From a virus (lineage: Duplodnaviria; Caudoviricetes): 54,147 bases of DNA. Numbering within the stretch: the stretch's first letter is position 1; each line of letters opens with the position of its first letter. The position numbers and the translations under genes were made by a program. Positions 26,358-34,422 of this stretch are shown one piece after another. The notes beneath the pieces are model-generated. The model was not told the origin of the DNA, did no database searches, and worked only from the letters and a program-made list of their open reading frames with translations. The stretch is taken from positions 1-54,147 of the IMG/VR virus record IMGVR_UViG_3300043418_000125; one strand, 5' to 3'.

Positions 26358-27052
26358 AGCAGACCCCCGAAGTGGTCTTCTGCTTGGGCGCCGCCATCAC
26401 CTGTCTCGTCTGTCCAGCGTTGCTGGTTCAGCCAGGTGCTTGGGTACTGGATGAACTGTCCGTCATCCTTCGTCCACTCACGGGATTGCTTGGCACGTTG
26501 CAGTCCGGCCATGATGGCCTGCATCAACGCCTCGTCTGGCGCGATACGCAGCCATGCCTTCAACGCCTCTGGCTTTGCTACCTTCTTGGGGTAAGCAGCC
26601 CAGAAAATATCGAAGCCCTCGTCCGCGACCTTAGCCTTTGGCTTAGGTTGGTTCTTGGTTCTTGGTTCTTGGTTCTTGGTTGGGATACGATCCGCATCTG
26701 ATTTCGTATCTGAAACCACATCTGATTTCGTATCTGATTTCGCAGCCCAACGTGATCTGTTGGCGTTACGAGCCGAGTCTGATTTCGCAGCGTACTTGGA
26801 CAGCTCCAAGTCGCAGCGCTCATTGCGCCAGCCGTCAGGCGTCAGCACAAAAAACTCCTTGAGGACGGCCTCGACCTCTGCCGTTTGATCGCGCATGGCA
26901 ATCAGACGGGCGACCTGGCCAACGTCAGCGGGGAATGGGGATTCTTCTGTGTAGTACGCATCGAGCAACCGGCGATAAGCCAAGTCCTCGAGCAGAGACA
27001 GGTGTCGGGTCTTCGTCAGGTAATCCCTGACATGAAACGGGTAGTGGTACAT
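26354..27052 (-). CDS. replication initiator, YdaU/DUF1376-like (232 aa from MYHYPF)
   Basis: MYHYPFHVRDY...HLSLLEDLAYRRLLD.YY N-domain; internal iteron linker; FDIFWAAYPKKVAK...YPSTWLNQQRW C-domain. Confidence 0.88.
   Translation of the reverse strand: MYHYPFHVRDYLTKTRHLSLLEDLAYRRLLDAYYTEESPFPADVGQVARLIAMRDQTAEVEAVLKEFFVLTPDGWRNERCDLELSKYAAKSDSARNANRSRWAAKSDTKSDVVSDTKSDADRIPTKNQEPRTKNQPKPKAKVADEGFDIFWAAYPKKVAKPEALKAWLRIAPDEALMQAIMAGLQRAKQSREWTKDDGQFIQYPSTWLNQQRWTDETGDGGAQAEDHFGGLL
26649..26787. repeat. replication origin signature inside the initiator gene
   Basis: five TGGTT(CT) heptamers at 26649-26681, GGGAT, ATCTGATTTCG at 26696, 26720, 26732 and variants at 26708, 26777 (12-bp phasing). 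Confidence 0.8.
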
Positions 27053-27077
27053 CAATGCCTTTCGCGCCTTTCCTCTA

Positions 27078-27165
27078 AAACCCCGAAGGGGCCGGAAGGG
27101 GGCTACGAAAGGACTCGAAAGCTCGCCCCCGTTCAGTTCTCGGAGCGACCAAGAACCTATCCGGC
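27078..27165 (-). ncRNA. candidate structured RNA in the 5' leader of the initiator gene
   Basis: GCCGGA..TCCGGC closing stem enclosing GTTCTTGG-TCGCT-CCGAGAAC and GGGGGC..GCCCCC, followed by a CCCC-TTCG-GGG hairpin. Confidence 0.6.
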
Positions 27166-27172
27166 AATCGCA

Positions 27173-27201
27173 AGTGTCCTTGTTTCTTGTCACATAGTCA
27201 A
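27173..27201 (-). promoter_or_regulatory. promoter for the replication operon
   Basis: TTGACT-17 bp-GACACT; -10 overlapped by ACAAGGACACTTGC (27170-27183). Confidence 0.6.
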
Positions 27202-27249
27202 TAGCATATCCTTGTACTCTTGTCGGGTATTGCAGGGGTTCGTATTGGA

Positions 27250-27278
27250 TTGACTAGAAAACAAGGCTCTTGTAGTCT
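27250..27278 (+). promoter_or_regulatory. promoter for the repressor gene, with an operator in the spacer
   Basis: TTGACT-17 bp-TAGTCT; palindrome ACAAG-GCT-CTTGT at 27261-27273. Confidence 0.65.
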
Positions 27279-27311
27279 TCGGCTGCACACCACAAGGCAA
27301 AGGTCTTTTCA

Positions 27312-27953
27312 ATGGCAGAACTAGGACACAGAATTAAACAAGTGCTTGCGGAGAAGGGTCTCACGCAGGCCCAACTGGCGAGGCTTGTCGGTGTCAAACA
27401 GCAGACCATCAGCTACATCTGTGCGCCGGATAGCCCCGCCTCCACTTCGCGGTACGCCAACAAAATTGCTGAGGTGCTTGGCGTCAACCCGTCTTGGTTG
27501 CAAGACGGTCAGGGGGACAGGCATGAACCAACGGTGAGGATTGAACTTGAGGGAGTTGAGCTATCAGTCAGACGGGTGGCATTCCTACGGCACGAGGACG
27601 TCATCCCATTCGTGAATGGCCAAGAGATCAAAGGAAAGAAAATGGGTTTGATGACAGACGCAGACGTCAGCGGGTTGTCGTTTGCGATTGAGATTGAAGG
27701 CGACAGCATGAGGCCGCTGTTCCGTCCAGGTGATCGTGTCGTGATTGATGCCAACATCAAGCCGGAGCCTGGCGACTTCGTGGTCGCCCAGTCTGACGGC
27801 GCCTTGACGTTCAGGAAATTCCGATCCCGAGGTGATACCCAGTTCGAGCTGGTACCCCTTAATGACGACTGGCCGGTGATTCGCTCTGAGTCAACACTTG
27901 TCAAGGTCATTGGAGTCATGGCTGAACACCGCAGCTACCGACGAAAGACATAA
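27312..27953 (+). CDS. cI: CI-like repressor (434-type HTH plus S24-like C-domain)
   Basis: LTQAQLARLVGVKQQTISYI HTH; EGDSMRP...GDRVVID...PGDFVVA...LVPLNDDWP. Confidence 0.92.
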   Translation: MAELGHRIKQVLAEKGLTQAQLARLVGVKQQTISYICAPDSPASTSRYANKIAEVLGVNPSWLQDGQGDRHEPTVRIELEGVELSVRRVAFLRHEDVIPFVNGQEIKGKKMGLMTDADVSGLSFAIEIEGDSMRPLFRPGDRVVIDANIKPEPGDFVVAQSDGALTFRKFRSRGDTQFELVPLNDDWPVIRSESTLVKVIGVMAEHRSYRRKT

Positions 27954-27975
27954 ACCACATTGACTTAGGTCAACT

Positions 27976-28001
27976 AAGCCCTGCTTTGTCAGGGCTTTTT
28001 T
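27976..28001 (+). terminator. intrinsic terminator after the repressor
   Basis: AAGCCCTG-CTTTGT-CAGGGCTT-TTTT. Confidence 0.85.
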
Positions 28002-28108
28002 GTGTCCTGCGCTACAACAAACGAACAAGTTCGTAGTAGTTCTGCTTGTTTTATCCATGCAAACCCTCACAAACCCCTGCGTTTTAGTAGGACATTAAAC
28101 AAGGACGC

Positions 28109-28137
28109 TTTACAAGACACAAAGACCATCAGATAAT
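28109..28137 (+). promoter_or_regulatory. promoter for the recombination/int operon
   Basis: TTTACA-17 bp-GATAAT; -35 overlapped by ACAAGGACGCTTTA (28099-28112). Confidence 0.65.
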
Positions 28138-28179
28138 CTTGTCCGTGCAGTCGAATGGTTTGACTGCCGGAGACACCAA

Positions 28180-28821
28180 ATGACCACAACCACCCCTGAT
28201 ACGGCGACAAGTGCGCCTGTGAATTTTTCTGTTCTTCGCAAGGTCAACGTCAATGACCACATCAAGAAGAAGAACAATCTCTCCTACCTGTCCTGGGCCT
28301 ATGCCGTAGACGAGCTGTTGCAGCTCGACCCCTCTGCAACTTGGGAGTACCGCTTCGGCAAGCAGCCAGTGGTCACAGCAATGGACACCACGGTGTTCCT
28401 CGACGTTCCCTACGTCCGCATCGGCGACACCGCAATGGTGTTCTGCACGGTCAATGCCTTCGGCGTGTCGCGCACTGCGCAACTGCCGGTCATGGATCAC
28501 CGCAATAAGCCCATCCCCAACCCCGATTCATTCCAGCTCAACAACGCCATGCAGCGTTGCTTGGTCAAGGCCATCGCGCTGCACGGTCTGGGTCTCTACA
28601 TCTACGAGGGCGAGGACATCCCCGAGGAAGACAAAGAGCCACCCAAACCCAAGCTCACCGCCGAACAGATTGCCGCCGCCAAGAAGTCACTGGCCGATTG
28701 CAAAACGATTGACGCCCTGCGCGACACGTTCAACGCCTTCGATGAAGTGACCCGCGACATCACCAAGGAGTACGCGCTCTCGCTGCGCAAGAAGCTCGAA
28801 GCTGCCGCGAAAGCTGCGTGA
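28180..28821 (+). CDS. Sak/Rad52-like single-strand annealing protein (DUF1071)
   Basis: LSYLSWAYAV...QLPVMDHRNK...MQRCLVKAIALHGLGLYIY.GED. Confidence 0.88.
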   Translation: MTTTTPDTATSAPVNFSVLRKVNVNDHIKKKNNLSYLSWAYAVDELLQLDPSATWEYRFGKQPVVTAMDTTVFLDVPYVRIGDTAMVFCTVNAFGVSRTAQLPVMDHRNKPIPNPDSFQLNNAMQRCLVKAIALHGLGLYIYEGEDIPEEDKEPPKPKLTAEQIAAAKKSLADCKTIDALRDTFNAFDEVTRDITKEYALSLRKKLEAAAKAA

Positions 28822-29450
28822 TGCAGAACATCGAGCAACGCACCGAGGCTTGGTTCAAAGCCCGTGAGGGGAAGCTGACGGCTTCTTCTTTCGCTGCCGC
28901 TGCTGGCCTTGGGCCAGGTTCACGCCAACAGGCGTGGCGCCGACTGATGGGACTCGAAGAGTTCTACGAAAACGAAGCAATGAATTGGGGAACAGAGAAT
29001 GAACCGAATGCGCTGGCGGCATACAGCACGCACTTTCTGGCGGAAGGTGACTCTTCAAATCTGGTGGGCTTTGTTCAGCACAAGGATTTGGCTTGGCTTG
29101 GTTGTTCACCCGATCTTCTTATCGGGAATAAGGGCTTGGGTGAAATCAAATGTCCGGCATCGAAAGTCATCTACCCCGATGTCCCGATTTATTACATGGC
29201 GCAAATGCAGGGCCAGATGGAAATCACAGACCGCGACTGGTGTGACTTCATCGTCTGGACGCCCGACGCCATAAGCGTTCGCCGAGTTCAACGCTGCCCC
29301 GAATACTGGCAGTGGCTCTACGAAAAGCTCGCTGAGTTTTGGATGTACGTCGAAGCGCAACTCGAACCGCCCCGTGCGAAACGCGAGAAGCCGCCGGAGA
29401 CCATCCACCTCATCGGCAGAGAAACTGTCATTCAACTTAACCAACTCTGA
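28818..29450 (+). CDS. YqaJ-like (lambda exo family) exonuclease
   Basis: QRTEAW...R.GKLTAS, WGTENE, LGCSPD, EIKCP, YYMAQMQGQM. Confidence 0.92.
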   Translation: MMQNIEQRTEAWFKAREGKLTASSFAAAAGLGPGSRQQAWRRLMGLEEFYENEAMNWGTENEPNALAAYSTHFLAEGDSSNLVGFVQHKDLAWLGCSPDLLIGNKGLGEIKCPASKVIYPDVPIYYMAQMQGQMEITDRDWCDFIVWTPDAISVRRVQRCPEYWQWLYEKLAEFWMYVEAQLEPPRAKREKPPETIHLIGRETVIQLNQL

Positions 29451-29461
29451 AAGGGAATCAC

Positions 29462-29899
29462 ATGACACATCAAACAGGCGTATTCCGCATTGGCAAAGAC
29501 GCCGAGCTACGCACCGCAGGCAACACCTCGGTCATCAATCTGGCGCTGGCCAGCAACTACGGAAAGAAGGGTGACGACGGCAAGAAGCCAACACAATGGA
29601 TTGACGCCGCGCTGTGGGGCAAACGCGCCGAGGCGCTCGAGCAGTACCTCGTTAAAGGTCAACAGGTGTACTGCGTCCTGAAAGACGTTCACATCGAGAC
29701 CTACGAGAAGCGCGACAGCGGTACCGCATCCAAGCTGGTTGCCGAAATCCTCGACATTGAACTCGTGGGCAGTAGCGGTCAGTCCGGTGAGCGCAACGAG
29801 CGTCCTCGTGCAGAGCCTCGCCGCGAAGAACGCCCTCGCCAGCAAGCGCCGCAGCGCAGCTCGAGCTTCGATGACATGGATGACGACATCCCGTTCTGA
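29462..29899 (+). CDS. ssb: single-stranded DNA-binding protein
   Basis: RIGKDAELR...TQWIDAALWGKRAE.L..YL.KG; acidic tail DDMDDDIPF. Confidence 0.93.
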   Translation: MTHQTGVFRIGKDAELRTAGNTSVINLALASNYGKKGDDGKKPTQWIDAALWGKRAEALEQYLVKGQQVYCVLKDVHIETYEKRDSGTASKLVAEILDIELVGSSGQSGERNERPRAEPRREERPRQQAPQRSSSFDDMDDDIPF

Positions 29900-29900
29900 C

Positions 29901-30092
29901 ATGAGGCACATCCTGCTTCTGTTGGCACTCGGGATTGGCGGCTACTTCGTATGGCAAGCCATTGGAAACGCAGCCCGAGTCCACACCAGACTGTTCCTTG
30001 GCCAGCATCTGTTCAAGGTTGCAGCAATCGTCGTAGCAGTGTTTGCGTTCTTCATCTCGCAAGCCCTCTACGGTTCAGCAAAACTTTTCTAG
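29901..30092 (+). CDS. small 2-TM membrane protein (63 aa from MRHILL)
   Basis: two hydrophobic stretches; precedes the SPFH gene. Confidence 0.6.
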   Translation: MRHILLLLALGIGGYFVWQAIGNAARVHTRLFLGQHLFKVAAIVVAVFAFFISQALYGSAKLF

Positions 30093-30101
30093 GACACCAC
30101 A

Positions 30102-30914
30102 ATGAAAGCAATCCTCTCCATCGCACTCGCTCTGCTGATCGCCAGCATGACTGCCTGCACACAGATTGACACCGGCAACATCGGCGTCGAATCCACTCTT
30201 GGCCAGGTCAAGAAAGAGACCCTGCCCCCAGGCGTCTACTTCACCATGTTCAAGAAGGTCACTGAGGTTTCAGCCAAAGAGCTGCGCCTGTCGCTCGATG
30301 ACTTAAAACCACAGACCAGCGACAAGATCACGCTGCAAGACTTGGACGTGGACATCTACGTGCAGATCGACCCTGCTCATGCCAGCGACATCATGACCCG
30401 CTGGAATGGCGACATCAGCTACGAGAAGGGTGAAGACAGCGCACGCATCGGCATCAACTACGTGACGCGCCAAGCACGTGAGGCCATCTACAACGCAGTG
30501 TCCAAGCGTGGCTCTGCCACTGTCCACACCGAGCGCACAGAGATTGCCGCTGCCGTGGTCAAGGCTTTGCAAGAAGACCTCGATGACTCAGCCGGTAAGG
30601 GTTGGTTCTTCGTTCGCTCTGCCAACGTGCGCAACCTGGTGACAGACCCCGCGCTCGAGAAGGCAATCATGGAAGCGGCCAACCGCCAGTTCCAGATCAA
30701 TGCCAAGCAGAAGGAAGTCGAGCTGGCCAAGGCAGAAGCCGAGCGTCAGCGTGTCGAAGCACAAGGTATCGCTGACGCCATTCGCATCAAGGCTGCGGCC
30801 GTGTCATCGCAAGGTGGCCAACAGTTCGTTGACCTCGAGGCAATCAAGAAGTGGGACGGCAAGCTGCCATCCACCATGTCTGGCAACGCCACTCCATTCA
30901 TTCACGTGAAGTAA
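30102..30914 (+). CDS. SPFH/Band-7 domain protein with lipoprotein-like signal
   Basis: MKAILSIALALLIASMTAC; IDTGNIGV; AEAE coiled coil; IKKWDGKLP. Confidence 0.85.
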   Translation: MKAILSIALALLIASMTACTQIDTGNIGVESTLGQVKKETLPPGVYFTMFKKVTEVSAKELRLSLDDLKPQTSDKITLQDLDVDIYVQIDPAHASDIMTRWNGDISYEKGEDSARIGINYVTRQAREAIYNAVSKRGSATVHTERTEIAAAVVKALQEDLDDSAGKGWFFVRSANVRNLVTDPALEKAIMEAANRQFQINAKQKEVELAKAEAERQRVEAQGIADAIRIKAAAVSSQGGQQFVDLEAIKKWDGKLPSTMSGNATPFIHVK

Positions 30915-31153
30915 TGAAGGCTCTACTCGCAATCGCTCTTCTCCTTTGTGTCGCTGCGTGCGGCAAGAAGGAAATGCCACCACAGGAGGGCGACCTCCCC
31001 CGTGGCTGCGACAAGGTGCAAATCCTTCGTGTGGATGCACACAACGACGGGACATACGAAACCCTGATGGAACAACAGAGCGCAATGCGTAAGCGGTATC
31101 TGCGCGACGGCAACTTCGGCAACGTCGGTGACGTGTTCACCTTCTGCCACTAA
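30914..31153 (+). CDS. small lipoprotein (79 aa from MKALLA)
   Basis: signal plus lipobox VAAC-GKK; TAATG coupling. Confidence 0.65.
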   Translation: MKALLAIALLLCVAACGKKEMPPQEGDLPRGCDKVQILRVDAHNDGTYETLMEQQSAMRKRYLRDGNFGNVGDVFTFCH

Positions 31154-31176
31154 GAAAAACAACCAGAGAGGAAGTC

Positions 31177-31368
31177 ATGGATAGACAGCAACACAGGAAG
31201 CTCGTTCGCGAGCGAGTGAACGACGAGAACAAAAAGCTCGCAGCACAATTCGCAATCCCCAAGGCATTCATTGCACACGCACGACGCCACGGTATGCAAG
31301 TCGTGGACATCATTCAAGCGCAGTTCAAACACAAGGACGCTGGCACATTGAGAGGTAAGAAAGCATGA
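31177..31368 (+). CDS. hypothetical protein
   Basis: 63 aa, GAGG RBS. Confidence 0.55.
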   Translation: MDRQQHRKLVRERVNDENKKLAAQFAIPKAFIAHARRHGMQVVDIIQAQFKHKDAGTLRGKKA

Positions 31369-31832
31369 GTAACTTTGAACGCACCGCACAGTGGCTCGCA
31401 GCCTGCGGCAAGGAAGTTGGCCACAAACAGAATCTGTCCACACAGATTGGTTGCCACATGGAGGAGTTCCTCGAGTTCACCAAGACGCTGGCATTCAGCG
31501 GCGACGGCGAGACTGCTGTGTTCCTCACGCCCCTGCAAGTGCAAGCCGCCATCGAAACGCTCAACCGCTTCGCCACTGAAATCAAGCGCGGCTCCATCGT
31601 GGCCACCATCCCACGTGAAGCACGTGCCGAATGCCTCGACTCACTGTGCGACATGCAAGTCACCGGCGACGGTGTGGCATGGCTGGCGGACTTCAACAAG
31701 ATCGCGGCAGACGAAGCTGTGCTGCAAGCCAACGAAGCCAAGCTCGTTGACGGCAAGCCAGTGATTCTCGAGGGCGGCAAGATTGGTAAGCCCGAGGGCT
31801 GGACTCCTGCTGACCTGTCGAGGTTCGTATGA
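31365..31832 (+). CDS. MazG-like/PRA-PH-like nucleotide pyrophosphohydrolase
   Basis: MEEFLEF...ECLDSLCD.QV...ANEAK...GKIGKPEGW. Confidence 0.8.
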   Translation: MSNFERTAQWLAACGKEVGHKQNLSTQIGCHMEEFLEFTKTLAFSGDGETAVFLTPLQVQAAIETLNRFATEIKRGSIVATIPREARAECLDSLCDMQVTGDGVAWLADFNKIAADEAVLQANEAKLVDGKPVILEGGKIGKPEGWTPADLSRFV

Positions 31833-32020
31833 GCGCCATCGAACACAAGCCAGACACCATGCTCCTGATGGCAAACATCCACGCCAGCAACGAGACAGTC
31901 AGCGTGCGCTCAAACATGGGCACGCTGCCCGAGGTACTGGAAAGCATGGAGCGCTTCTTGCGCGGCTGTGGCTACCAGTTCGAGGGTGAGCTGGACATCA
32001 TTCCACCGGAAAAACTTTAA
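31829..32020 (+). CDS. hypothetical protein
   Basis: 63 aa; TLPEVLESMERFLRGCGY. Confidence 0.65.
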   Translation: MSAIEHKPDTMLLMANIHASNETVSVRSNMGTLPEVLESMERFLRGCGYQFEGELDIIPPEKL

Positions 32021-32041
32021 TCATCAACTAAGGAAATCAAA

Positions 32042-32269
32042 ATGAAACAACAACGCATCTATCTCGTCGGCCACGGTCATGACATCCGCCTCGTCAAAGC
32101 GGCTCACCGCTCGCAAGCACTGGGTCACGTGGCACGCTCGATCATCAACGTGAAGGTAGCCAGCCAGGACGAACTCGTCGAGGCGCTCGGCCACGGCATC
32201 GCGGTTGAGTCCGCATCGCCCGACGCAGAGACCAGCGAACTCTTCGGTGGCGATCAACAGGCAGCGTAA
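32042..32269 (+). CDS. hypothetical protein
   Basis: 75 aa; RLVKAAHRSQAL.HVA...VASQDELV; AAGGA RBS. Confidence 0.7.
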   Translation: MKQQRIYLVGHGHDIRLVKAAHRSQALGHVARSIINVKVASQDELVEALGHGIAVESASPDAETSELFGGDQQAA

Positions 32270-32412
32270 TGCTTAAACAGATTCGTTATCTGTTCAGCAT
32301 GGCGGCAACCTTTGTCGCCATCTTCTCAATCTGCTTTGCCCTGTGGGTCATCGTCGGTGCGTGCATCGGCTTTGGCTGGACAGTGGGCAAAGCGTTAGCA
32401 GGAATCATCTAA
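32269..32412 (+). CDS. 47-aa hydrophobic membrane peptide (not in ORF track)
   Basis: MLKQIRYLFSMAATFVAIFSICFALWVIVGACIGFGWTVGKALAGII; TAATG coupling at both ends. Confidence 0.65.
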   Translation: MLKQIRYLFSMAATFVAIFSICFALWVIVGACIGFGWTVGKALAGII

Positions 32413-32621
32413 TGAAGGAAATCATCCAACTTCGGGAGGTGGCCAGTCTACTCAACGTGAACCAAGAAACGGCGCGTCGTTGGGCAGTCAGCGGTCGCAT
32501 CCCCGCCTTCCGTTTTAACGGCAAGGGTCGGTGGCGTGCGTTCCGCGAGGATATTGACAAGTACCTTGCAGCGCATCAATCTACCGCTGCGACTGGGCAA
32601 GTCGTGAGCGCCAATCAGTAA
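32412..32621 (+). CDS. xis: excisionase (HTH_17-like, 69 aa from MKEII)
   Basis: LREVASLLNVNQETARRWAVSGRIPAFR....WR; directly upstream of the integrase. Confidence 0.8.
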   Translation: MKEIIQLREVASLLNVNQETARRWAVSGRIPAFRFNGKGRWRAFREDIDKYLAAHQSTAATGQVVSANQ

Positions 32622-32644
32622 TAGTTTTTGAAAGGACTACTGAC

Positions 32645-33709
32645 ATGGCGCTTTATAGAAGAGAGAAGTCGAAGGTATGGTGGATTGACGTCACTGCCCC
32701 CAACGGACAGCGGCATCGCGTCACAACCAGGACGACCAACAAGCAGCTCGCCAACGAGTTCGAAGCCAAGTTCGTCACGGATTTGTACAAGACTCAGCGG
32801 TTGGGCCTGCAAGGGGATCGCCGGTTCAGTGAAGCAATCAAGGTGCTGCTGACCGAGAAGGAAGGCAAGGACGTCTACATCGAGTACGAGCGCCAGCTCG
32901 GGTGGTGGCTTGAACAGTTTGGCGACATTCTGGTCAAGGACATTACCAAGGGGTTGATTCTCGACACGATAGCGCTCAAAGAGGCGACGGTTTCAAAGGC
33001 GACTTGCAACCGTTACCTCTCTGCCCTTCGAGTTTGTTTGAACCTGGTGAAGAAGAAGCACGGCTGGATTGAGCAGGTGCCGGATTTCTTTATGAATCAG
33101 GAGAGCAAGGGTCGGGTTCGCTGGCTGAAACCCGATGAAGTGGCGCGGCTGATTTCCAGCTTACCGGAACATCTGCGTGGGCCTGCGGTGCTGGCGCTGG
33201 CAACAGGGTTGCGCCGCAGTGTGGTGACAGGATTGAAGTGGGGTCAGGTGGACTTGGTGCGCAAGGTCATCACCATTGATGGTGAACACATGAAGAATGG
33301 TGAAGACCTGGGCATCCCGTTGTCAGAGATGGCGGTGGCGGTGCTGCGTGAACAGATCGGCAAGAACGTGGAGAACGTCTTCACGTACTGCGGTCGCTCG
33401 TTCAAACGCTGTTCTGAGAAAACCTGGGACAAGGCTTTGGAGAAGGCGGGTATCGAGGATTTCAGGTGGCACGATTTGCGCCATACCTGGGCCACCTTGA
33501 TGACGCAGGCGGGGGTACCGGATGCGGTGCTGATGACCTTGGGTGCGTGGAAGACGCTCTCGATGGTTCGTCGGTATGCGCACCATGCCACCGAGTCGGT
33601 TCGTCCGCACGCTCAGGCGGTGGACGGGGCGCTCTCTGGGGTCATGTCACAAATCCTGCCACACCCTCCGACCGGAGTGAATGTTCACCCACTTCGGAGA
33701 GTCATGTAA
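32645..33709 (+). CDS. int: tyrosine integrase
   Basis: TGLRR (R), MKNG (K), HDLRH, LGAW, RRYAH (Y); adjacent to a tRNA-derived att site. Confidence 0.95.
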   Translation: MALYRREKSKVWWIDVTAPNGQRHRVTTRTTNKQLANEFEAKFVTDLYKTQRLGLQGDRRFSEAIKVLLTEKEGKDVYIEYERQLGWWLEQFGDILVKDITKGLILDTIALKEATVSKATCNRYLSALRVCLNLVKKKHGWIEQVPDFFMNQESKGRVRWLKPDEVARLISSLPEHLRGPAVLALATGLRRSVVTGLKWGQVDLVRKVITIDGEHMKNGEDLGIPLSEMAVAVLREQIGKNVENVFTYCGRSFKRCSEKTWDKALEKAGIEDFRWHDLRHTWATLMTQAGVPDAVLMTLGAWKTLSMVRRYAHHATESVRPHAQAVDGALSGVMSQILPHPPTGVNVHPLRRVM

Positions 33710-33719
33710 GTCATTGATT
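33707..33719 (-). promoter_or_regulatory. IHF site in attP
   Basis: reverse complement AATCAATGACTTA matches WATCAANNNNTTR. Confidence 0.7.
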
Positions 33720-33721
33720 AT

Positions 33722-33780
33722 TGGCGGAAAGGGTGGGATTCGAACCCACGTTACCGCATAACGGTAAACCGGATTTCGAG
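33722..33780 (-). other. attP core: 3' part of tRNA-Ser(CGA), from anticodon loop to CCA (not a full tRNA)
   Basis: minus strand CTCGAAA TCCGGT TTACCG-TTATG-CGGTAA C GTGGG-TTCGAAT-CCCAC CCTTTCC G CCA: anticodon CGA, long variable arm, T arm, discriminator G; no 5' half. Confidence 0.9.
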
Positions 33781-33910
33781 CCTGTGACAACTCTGAATTG
33801 CACGCGCAAAAAACTCCTGAGAAATCAGGCTCTTGCGCTCACGATAGCCCAGATTTTCGTGCATTCACGTCACACGGAATCCTGCCTTTTCCTGCCTTGA
33901 TCTGCATATC

Positions 33911-33929
33911 TACGACACGTTTACGACAC
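33911..33929 (+). repeat. tandem TACGACAC repeats, candidate integrase arm sites
   Basis: TACGACAC at 33911 and 33922 (11-bp period), about 130 bp from the att core. Confidence 0.5.
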
Positions 33930-33941
33930 ACCAAAAAAGCA

Positions 33942-34421
33942 ATGGCAACAAGCAAGAAACCCCGTAAGAAGTACCAACCAAAGATCGCGGCAAAGCTGCC
34001 CGTGGTCTACCGTTTTGCCCCCGACGCCGAGCGCGATCTGCAACTGGCTCCGCACGCTGCGCTGACCAACTTCAAGCTAGGCACCGTGGCCGACGAGGAT
34101 TGGCACACGCTGGCCTCAAGGCTGAATCTCGGCAGCACCATCGCCCACCAAGTCTTCGAGGGCGTGGAGGCCAGGGTCGCAATGAACGATGCCGTCGAGG
34201 CACTGCGGTCTGTGTGGGTGCGCCACGAAAAGACTGGCAAGTGGGGCACCACCGGCGAGGAATACAACACCATCGCCTTGGGGCTGACGCTCACGGACGA
34301 CATGCAGGCGAAATGCACCCGCCGAGAAATGCGGAAAGCCATTGAACACGTCATCGAGAACGCAGCCGTCAACCGTCGTGGCCTTACCACGAAACAGATG
34401 CTGGCTGGTTCTGTCATCTAG
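33942..34421 (+). CDS. hypothetical protein beyond attP (159 aa from MATSKKPRKKY)
   Basis: basic N-terminus, helical body; converges on the giant gene. Confidence 0.7.
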   Translation: MATSKKPRKKYQPKIAAKLPVVYRFAPDAERDLQLAPHAALTNFKLGTVADEDWHTLASRLNLGSTIAHQVFEGVEARVAMNDAVEALRSVWVRHEKTGKWGTTGEEYNTIALGLTLTDDMQAKCTRREMRKAIEHVIENAAVNRRGLTTKQMLAGSVI

Positions 34422-34422
34422 C

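Noticed and set aside
27053-27311. A cro gene between repressor and initiator
   Set aside because: No HTH-encoding ORF in the listed frames, and the space is filled by promoters, operators and a structured leader
33722-33780. Functional phage tRNA gene
   Set aside because: The D arm, 5' acceptor strand and 5' anticodon stem are missing; it is an att core
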